From Zootoca vivipara (lineage: Eukaryota), in NCBI RefSeq assembly GCF_963506605.1, contig NC_083276.1, positions 43,276,001 to 43,340,000 of the forward strand: a DNA stretch of 64,000 bases, given 5' to 3'. Shown here in pieces: positions 63,301 to 64,000 of this stretch. Position numbers and translations under genes: made by a program. Below the pieces are notes generated by a model. That model searched no databases. It worked only from the letters and a program-made list of their open reading frames with translations, and was not told the DNA's origin. Each line of letters starts with the position of its first letter. The first letter of the stretch is position 1.

Positions 63301-64000
63301 CAAAGGTCCGTATAGTTAAAGCTATGGTTTTCCCAGTAGTGATGTATGGAAGTGAGAGCTGGACCATAAAGAAGGCTGATCGTCGAAGAATTGATGCTTT
63401 TGAATTATGGTGCTGGAGGAGACTCTTGAGAGTCCCATGGACTGCAAGAAGATCAAACCTATCCGTTCTGAAGGAAATCAGCCCTGAGTGCTCCCTGGAA
63501 GGACAGATCGTGAAGCTGAGGCTCCAATACTTTGGCCACCTCATGAGAAGAGAAGAATCCCTGGAAAAGACCCTGATGTTCGGAAAAATGGAGGGCACAA
63601 GGAGAAGGGGACGACAGAGGACGAGATGGTTGGACAGTGTTTTCGAAGCCACCAACATAAGTCTGACCAAACTGTGGGAGGCAGTAGAAGACAGGAGTGC
63701 CTGGCGTGCTCTGGTCCATGGGGTCACAAAGAGTTGGACACAACTGAACAACTAAACAACAACAAAATATACGTAGGCTACCCTAGTTCAGGGTCTTCTC
63801 CTTTCCAGACTTCTTTTATGCCTCTCTTGCAAAATATGACATTAGTACACACTCATACACTTTTGAAGGAGATCTTTACCTGTGGTTTTGACTGTGTATC
63901 TCTTTCAGCAAATCCTGGTGTCCCTTTAGCAGCAGCTCTGCAGAGGCCACATCTACCCCCATTTCCTCGCTGGCCATTTTCTCTCTCATGGCGTCTGCCC
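867..64000 (-). CDS. SPTBN5: Multi-exon spectrin beta chain, most likely beta-V spectrin (partial: 38 internal exons, gene extends past both ends)
   Basis: 38 exons join in one open frame (~5914 nt) of ~106-aa triple-helical spectrin repeats. More than 17 uninterrupted repeats with no SH3 insert and no CH/PH/EF-hand termini fits the 30-repeat beta-V/beta-heavy class. It does not fit conventional beta (17 repeats) or alpha (central SH3). Confidence 0.87.
1809..2021 (-). CDS. SPTBN5: SPTBN5 exon e37
   Basis: [28 protein letters not shown]...AQHFLTE; 213 nt, phase 0-0. Confidence 0.92.
2381..2567 (-). CDS. SPTBN5: SPTBN5 exon e36
   Basis: [38 protein letters not shown]...LQEKHQ; 187 nt, phase 2-0. 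Confidence 0.92.
2610..2855 (+). repeat. Interspersed repeat (resembles an RTE-clade 5' region); shorter copy at ~9754-9820
   Basis: Shared TCTGTCTCAAGAG...GGTGAAGTCAA with the 9.8 kb copy; family assignment from memory only. Confidence 0.4.
2861..3198. mobile_element. Tc1/mariner (Tigger-like) MITE, internal tandem dimer
   Basis: TA-CAGT...ACTG-TA; two ~165-bp units in tandem. Confidence 0.85.
3348..3604 (-). CDS. SPTBN5: SPTBN5 exon e35
   Basis: [22 protein letters not shown]...[16 protein letters not shown]; 257 nt, phase 0-2. Confidence 0.9.
4145..4282 (-). CDS. SPTBN5: SPTBN5 exon e34
   Basis: [46 protein letters not shown]; 138 nt, phase 0-0. Confidence 0.92.
4498..4644 (-). CDS. SPTBN5: SPTBN5 exon e33
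   Basis: [49 protein letters not shown]; 147 nt, phase 0-0. Confidence 0.92.
5631..5721 (-). CDS. SPTBN5: SPTBN5 exon e32
   Basis: [30 protein letters not shown]; polypyrimidine tract is a (CTT)n repeat, 91 nt, phase 2-0. Confidence 0.88.
5804..5985. mobile_element. Tc1/mariner (Tigger-like) MITE, inverted relative to 2861-3198
   Basis: TIR CAGTGGTACCTCGGTTT; TA TSD. Confidence 0.88.
6664..6836 (-). CDS. SPTBN5: SPTBN5 exon e31
   Basis: [28 protein letters not shown]...CQAVLR; 173 nt, phase 0-2. Confidence 0.9.
7510..7587 (-). CDS. SPTBN5: SPTBN5 exon e30
   Basis: [26 protein letters not shown]; 78 nt, phase 0-0. Confidence 0.9.
7833..8185 (+). mobile_element. Sauria SINE (full length)
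   Basis: tRNA-derived head GGGACCCAGGTGGCGCTGTGGTTAA with B-box GGTTCGAATCC; (TTTACC)n tail; TSD CTTATGCCAGAGG (7820-7832 / 8186-8198). Confidence 0.9.
9265..9453 (-). CDS. SPTBN5: SPTBN5 exon e29
   Basis: [31 protein letters not shown]...LLQAMDLQ; 189 nt, phase 0-0. Confidence 0.9.
9904..10014. mobile_element. hAT MITE family A, right TIR deleted
   Basis: Same sequence; TSD TGCTAAAT retained. Confidence 0.85.
10100..10262 (-). CDS. SPTBN5: SPTBN5 exon e28 (ends at a GC donor)
   Basis: [28 protein letters not shown]...EEHQERK; donor AAG|GCAAGT, 163 nt, phase 2-0. Confidence 0.87.
11130..11254 (-). CDS. SPTBN5: SPTBN5 exon e27
   Basis: [41 protein letters not shown]; 125 nt, phase 0-2. Confidence 0.9.
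11619..11732 (-). CDS. SPTBN5: SPTBN5 exon e26
   Basis: [38 protein letters not shown]; 114 nt, phase 0-0. Confidence 0.9.
12443..12557 (-). CDS. SPTBN5: SPTBN5 exon e25
   Basis: [38 protein letters not shown]; 115 nt, phase 2-0. Confidence 0.9.
13641..14070. mobile_element. hAT/Charlie-like non-autonomous element
   Basis: Termini CATGGGTAGGCAAACT / AGTTTGCTGACCCCTG; degenerate TSD TTATAACA/TTCTAACG. Confidence 0.7.
14278..14396 (-). CDS. SPTBN5: SPTBN5 exon e24
   Basis: [39 protein letters not shown]; donor runs into (GT)n, 119 nt, phase 0-2. Confidence 0.9.
15549..15714 (+). mobile_element. L2-like LINE 3' end with (TAAA)n tail
   Basis: GGAAGCCGCCCAGAG...GGGGTATAAAT followed by TAAA/TAA repeats. 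Confidence 0.6.
17817..17909 (-). CDS. SPTBN5: SPTBN5 exon e23
   Basis: [31 protein letters not shown]; 93 nt, phase 0-0. Confidence 0.9.
18482..18587. repeat. 53-bp tandem duplication
   Basis: CATCATTCCGAATGTTCAAATGTGTG...TCACAGA repeated with ~4 mismatches. Confidence 0.9.
19200..19391 (-). CDS. SPTBN5: SPTBN5 exon e22
   Basis: [19 protein letters not shown]...[28 protein letters not shown]; AAG acceptor chosen for phase 0, 192 nt. Confidence 0.85.
20019..20469. mobile_element. hAT-type non-autonomous element (CATAGCTGCCAAG terminus) with internal palindromic repeats
   Basis: 8-bp TSD ACAGGACC; related to 134-459. Confidence 0.85.
20510..20665 (-). CDS. SPTBN5: SPTBN5 exon e21
   Basis: [16 protein letters not shown]...[24 protein letters not shown]; 156 nt, phase 0-0. 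Confidence 0.92.
21297..21432. mobile_element. hAT MITE family A
   Basis: TSD TGTTAGAT. Confidence 0.9.
21677..21812. mobile_element. hAT MITE family A variant
   Basis: TIR CAGGCATAGGCAACC; TSD CATTGGGT. Confidence 0.9.
22145..22330 (-). CDS. SPTBN5: SPTBN5 exon e20
   Basis: [13 protein letters not shown]...[21 protein letters not shown]; 186 nt, phase 0-0. Confidence 0.9.
22979..23113. mobile_element. hAT MITE family A
   Basis: TSD ACCTAAAT/ACCTAAAC. Confidence 0.9.
23160..23264 (-). CDS. SPTBN5: SPTBN5 exon e19
   Basis: [35 protein letters not shown]; 105 nt, phase 0-0. Confidence 0.92.
25102..25255 (+). mobile_element. Penelope-like element terminal fragment with inverted 5' segment
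   Basis: GTAGCACCTTAA...ATGAGCTTTCGTG segment joined to its inverse; shared 3' end GGCTACCTACCTGTAAC; TSD TAAGATTATAAT. Confidence 0.75.
25532..25667. mobile_element. hAT MITE family A
   Basis: TSD GTGTAGAG. Confidence 0.9.
27033..28565 (-). CDS. Unknown 510-aa Ser/Pro/Thr-rich protein; candidate nested intronic gene with its ORF in a single exon
   Basis: Uninterrupted 510 codons. ATG has A at -3 (gcaggATG) and in-frame TAG/TAA just upstream; ends in TAG. No spectrin, RT, transposase or gag motifs recognised and no simple repeat. Internally repeated 9-mer motif. Confidence 0.62.
   Translation of the reverse strand: MSFPDHRSKTSTTPIYISTVEVMLSSSQMTPSLAPESAAWGSSFQRMPPAAILSDSAWYFPTHSSPADTLPGNDISPSHSLSSEVYSSRLDIVLAHTDKGNGFGKDNSCVNPPGIKSARPALHRDPQYNGYSSAGAQSSLISSKQCSGCDWSACHSSPDHTGSMQFAVPFPPAAASRALPCWTSRLDVSLCAIPSQSKKLHTALTPCSSELPIRHGYSPCKAQLPDLHASVKLYISTCSIAVKPFRTASQVSSHGYSSLFLPRRKNMSSASSSLATGPQVTHQAIPSRSSADLQITQLHVTSMAKCPGLPQQAVSREIWLSPTTVSKRDDPVGKRTVANAHLDPDLVVFQNRHSTGKEFGRTSSTRIIPDCHKVSKITLILATPWTSFPIQVIKEFRKSPAPSVFIRASGSNTGVPAFQTDYIGSGFSLSINPVCCPEFQPLQQYDANSQSNPSKEPNTIRNADQDTLATNMQARTASHRTGESAWCPSISVKIASFGAGRRVVKISIPF
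28980..29129 (-). other. Candidate alternative/5' exon in intron e18-e19
   Basis: Strong donor CTG|GTGAGC (GT at 28979-28978) preceded by gcaATGG AAGTGCTG (Met-Glu-Val-Leu, phase 0). Possible acceptor ttgtag at 29131-29130 with TACTGAC branch-like motif upstream. Confidence 0.35.
30056..30360 (-). mobile_element. tRNA-derived CORE/MIR-like SINE (Squam3-like) with expanded (CTT)n(CCT)n tail
   Basis: MIR-like core (GCCCAAGGTCACCCAGC...GAACCCGGTT) followed on the minus strand by the (GAA)n(GAG)n microsatellite 30056-30137. Confidence 0.7.
31178..31424. mobile_element. Tc1/mariner MITE (different subfamily)
   Basis: TA-CAGTGTACCTCGC...GGTACCACTG-TA. Confidence 0.8.
32103..32197. mobile_element. 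95-bp hAT MITE
   Basis: TIR CATAGCTGTCAAGTT; TSD TGACTGAC. Confidence 0.88.
32975..33124 (-). CDS. SPTBN5: SPTBN5 exon e18
   Basis: [50 protein letters not shown]; 150 nt, phase 0-0. Confidence 0.9.
33451..33654 (-). CDS. SPTBN5: SPTBN5 exon e17
   Basis: [16 protein letters not shown]...[11 protein letters not shown]...KMPTKD; donor GAC|GTACGT, 204 nt, phase 0-0. Confidence 0.88.
34744..34923 (-). CDS. SPTBN5: SPTBN5 exon e16
   Basis: [11 protein letters not shown]...VVENWESLR...RLYHFQTQ; 180 nt, phase 0-0. Confidence 0.9.
35300..35410 (-). CDS. SPTBN5: SPTBN5 exon e15
   Basis: [37 protein letters not shown]; 111 nt, phase 0-0. Confidence 0.9.
35819..36033. mobile_element. Near-perfect palindromic hAT MITE (TAGGGTTGCCAG termini)
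   Basis: ~100-bp inverted arms; TSD TATGTAAG/TAGGTAAG. Confidence 0.88.
36470..36527. repeat. Imperfect (CTAT)n microsatellite
   Basis: Seen directly. Confidence 0.85.
36553..37153 (+). mobile_element. Probable solo LTR
   Basis: TGTTAC...GTGACA termini, ~600 bp, purine-rich body, AATAAA 37094-37099; no clean TSD found. Confidence 0.55.
37314..37428 (-). CDS. SPTBN5: SPTBN5 exon e14
   Basis: [38 protein letters not shown]; 115 nt, phase 2-0. Confidence 0.88.
38672..38817 (-). CDS. SPTBN5: SPTBN5 exon e13
   Basis: [21 protein letters not shown]...[16 protein letters not shown]; 146 nt, phase 0-2. Confidence 0.88.
39284..39699. mobile_element. hAT/Charlie-like non-autonomous element
   Basis: Termini CAGACATGTTCAACT / AGCTGGACATGCCTG; TSD GGCTAGTC. 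Confidence 0.78.
39914..40049. mobile_element. hAT MITE family A
   Basis: TSD ATCTAGTG/ATTTAGTG. Confidence 0.9.
40110..43322 (-). mobile_element. Full-length Bov-B (RTE-clade) LINE, ~3.2 kb, with one in-frame stop
   Basis: ORF 40117-42912 has APE endonuclease (GDWNA, IDYI, SDH) and RT ([30 protein letters not shown]) motifs. The frame continues upstream to 43218 across one TGA at 42958-42960. TSD TTTTCCCAT (40101-40109 / 43323-43331). Confidence 0.95.
44021..44165. mobile_element. Penelope-like fragment (diverged subfamily) beside the e12 donor
   Basis: GTAGCACCTTAGAGACCAACTAAG...ATGAGCTTTCGTGTGCATGCACAC; hammerhead core mutated to CTGGAGAGG. Confidence 0.65.
44176..44308 (-). CDS. SPTBN5: SPTBN5 exon e12
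   Basis: [44 protein letters not shown]; 133 nt, phase 2-0. Confidence 0.9.
45357..45398. repeat. (TAA)n microsatellite
   Basis: Seen directly. Confidence 0.95.
45832..45995 (-). CDS. SPTBN5: SPTBN5 exon e11
   Basis: [21 protein letters not shown]...LQNMAIA; 164 nt, phase 0-2. Confidence 0.9.
46832..46948 (-). CDS. SPTBN5: SPTBN5 exon e10
   Basis: [39 protein letters not shown]; AAG acceptor, 117 nt, phase 0-0. Confidence 0.88.
47182..47317. mobile_element. hAT MITE family A
   Basis: TSD CTCTAGGG/CTCTAGAG. Confidence 0.9.
47721..47921 (-). CDS. SPTBN5: SPTBN5 exon e9
   Basis: [20 protein letters not shown]...QQSVAFHQ; 201 nt, phase 0-0. Confidence 0.92.
48998..49614 (+). mobile_element. 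LTR-like element of uncertain class
   Basis: GC-richer island with three CCAAT boxes, TATA-like 49160-49166 and AATAAA 49518-49523; boundaries approximate, no TSD found. Confidence 0.45.
50121..51063 (-). mobile_element. CR1 LINE 3' fragment (RT C-terminus plus tail), interrupted by a hAT MITE
   Basis: Translation [28 protein letters not shown]...WNLLP is typical of CR1 ORF2; (ATTCTATG)-type tail. Confidence 0.9.
50676..50811. mobile_element. hAT MITE family A variant nested in CR1
   Basis: TIR CAGGCATGTCAAAC; TSD GTCTAGAT. Confidence 0.9.
52747..52933 (-). CDS. SPTBN5: SPTBN5 exon e8
   Basis: [39 protein letters not shown]...FLQKHK; 187 nt, phase 2-0. Confidence 0.92.
53824..54050 (-). 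CDS. SPTBN5: SPTBN5 exon e7
   Basis: [32 protein letters not shown]...QKYLE; 227 nt, phase 0-2. Confidence 0.9.
54622..54786 (-). CDS. SPTBN5: SPTBN5 exon e6
   Basis: [30 protein letters not shown]...LMELLE; 165 nt, phase 0-0. Confidence 0.92.
55002..55794 (+). mobile_element. Short L1-like retroposon (5'UTR-like tandem monomers plus polyA tail)
   Basis: 17-bp TSD GAAAATCAAGCTGAACT (54985-55001 / 55795-55811); AATAAA 55769-55774 then an A-run; two diverged ~190-bp units each containing AA(G/A)ATGGCG. Confidence 0.72.
56000..56037 (-). ncRNA. Minimal hammerhead ribozyme motif (3-bp stem I)
   Basis: UAU CUGAAGAA GUGUGCGUGCACAC GAAAGCUC AUA on the minus strand. Confidence 0.6.
56038..56077 (+). 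ncRNA. Minimal type I hammerhead ribozyme motif
   Basis: Stem I GGUAU/AUACC, core CUGAAGA(A), palindromic stem II GUGUGCAUGCACAC, GAAA-GC-UC; predicted cut after C56072. Confidence 0.75.
56365..56663. mobile_element. hAT-like non-autonomous element, CpG-rich
   Basis: Starts CAGGGGTCG; flanked by TTTTAGGC duplication. Confidence 0.7.
56936..57106 (-). CDS. SPTBN5: SPTBN5 exon e5
   Basis: [57 protein letters not shown]; 171 nt, phase 0-0. Confidence 0.92.
57515..57689 (+). mobile_element. Penelope-like fragment with inverted 5' segment
   Basis: Same family; TSD ATTTTAAAGTCT (57503-57514 / 57690-57701). Confidence 0.8.
57533..57570 (-). ncRNA. Minimal hammerhead ribozyme motif
   Basis: GUAU CUGAAGAA GUGUGCAUGCACAC GAAAGCUC AUAC on the minus strand. 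Confidence 0.72.
57789..58140 (-). mobile_element. Sauria SINE (full length)
   Basis: Reverse-complement match to the 7.8 kb copy; TSD TAAGAACAATATA (57776-57788 / 58141-58153). Confidence 0.9.
58421..58897. mobile_element. Old hAT-like non-autonomous element
   Basis: Degenerate termini CAAGAGGTTTTTCAAC / GGTGGAAAACCACTG; TATAAT on both flanks. Confidence 0.55.
59121..59220 (-). CDS. SPTBN5: SPTBN5 exon e4
   Basis: [33 protein letters not shown]; 100 nt, phase 2-0. Confidence 0.9.
59639..59778 (-). CDS. SPTBN5: SPTBN5 exon e3
   Basis: [21 protein letters not shown]...ERDHFASD; 140 nt, phase 0-2. Confidence 0.9.
60416..60603. mobile_element. Tc1/mariner (Tigger-like) MITE
   Basis: TA-CAGTGGAACCTCGGTTT...GAGGTACCATTG-TA; same core as 2861 and 5804. 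Confidence 0.85.
61532..61803 (-). mobile_element. Sauria SINE, 5'-truncated
   Basis: Matches the 3' three-quarters of the other two copies, including the tail. Confidence 0.88.
61971..62214 (-). CDS. SPTBN5: SPTBN5 exon e2
   Basis: [10 protein letters not shown]...[11 protein letters not shown]; CAG acceptor, GTAAAT donor, 244 nt, phase 2-0. Confidence 0.9.
62478..62705 (+). mobile_element. Penelope-like fragment with inverted 5' segment and G-rich repeat
   Basis: Same family; TSD AATCTTTATTGTG (62465-62477 / 62706-62718). Confidence 0.8.
62527..62564 (-). ncRNA. Minimal hammerhead ribozyme motif
   Basis: GUAU CUGAAGAA GUGUGCAUGCACAC GAAAGCUC AUAC on the minus strand. Confidence 0.72.
63152..63764 (+). 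mobile_element. 5'-truncated Bov-B LINE
   Basis: [11 protein letters not shown]...VHGVTKS closely matches the C-terminus of the 40-43 kb copy; (CAA)n tail. Confidence 0.93.
63880..64000 (-). CDS. SPTBN5: SPTBN5 exon e1 (5' part outside window)
   Basis: [39 protein letters not shown]; donor AG|GTAAAG, phase 2. Confidence 0.88.

Noticed and set aside
62940-63755. 271-aa ORF as a gene
   Set aside because: Only the part after ~63152 is meaningful (Bov-B C-terminus); the N-terminal part is chance open intron sequence starting at a non-ATG codon.
867-64000. Alpha-spectrin (SPTAN1/SPTA1) or conventional beta-spectrin identity
   Set aside because: At least 18 consecutive repeats continuing off both ends with no SH3 insert is too many for beta I-IV and lacks alpha's central SH3.

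Overview
Vertebrate genomic DNA, almost certainly a squamate reptile and probably a lacertid lizard, judging from the Sauria SINEs, Bov-B LINEs and other repeats. The whole window lies inside one minus-strand gene. I traced 38 consecutive coding exons (numbered here e1 at the right edge to e38 at 867-1063). They total about 5.9 kb of CDS, about 1,970 aa or 18-19 spectrin repeats, with all splice phases compatible and no stops. The best identification is beta-V spectrin (SPTBN5). The introns carry a full-length Bov-B LINE broken by a single nonsense codon, Sauria SINEs, CR1/L2 fragments, many hAT and Tc1/mariner MITEs, two LTR-like elements, an L1-like short retroposon, and Penelope-like fragments with minimal hammerhead ribozymes. 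The main unexplained feature is an intact 510-codon ORF (27033-28565, minus strand) in the largest intron (e18-e19). It is not spectrin, shows no TE motifs I recognise, and cannot be spliced in frame into SPTBN5. Its Ser/Pro-rich product has about 6-10 spaced 9-mers resembling filamin Ig-repeat-binding motifs. A candidate upstream exon nearby could feed either this ORF or a truncated SPTBN5 isoform. All calls come from reading the sequence by eye; no database search was run.
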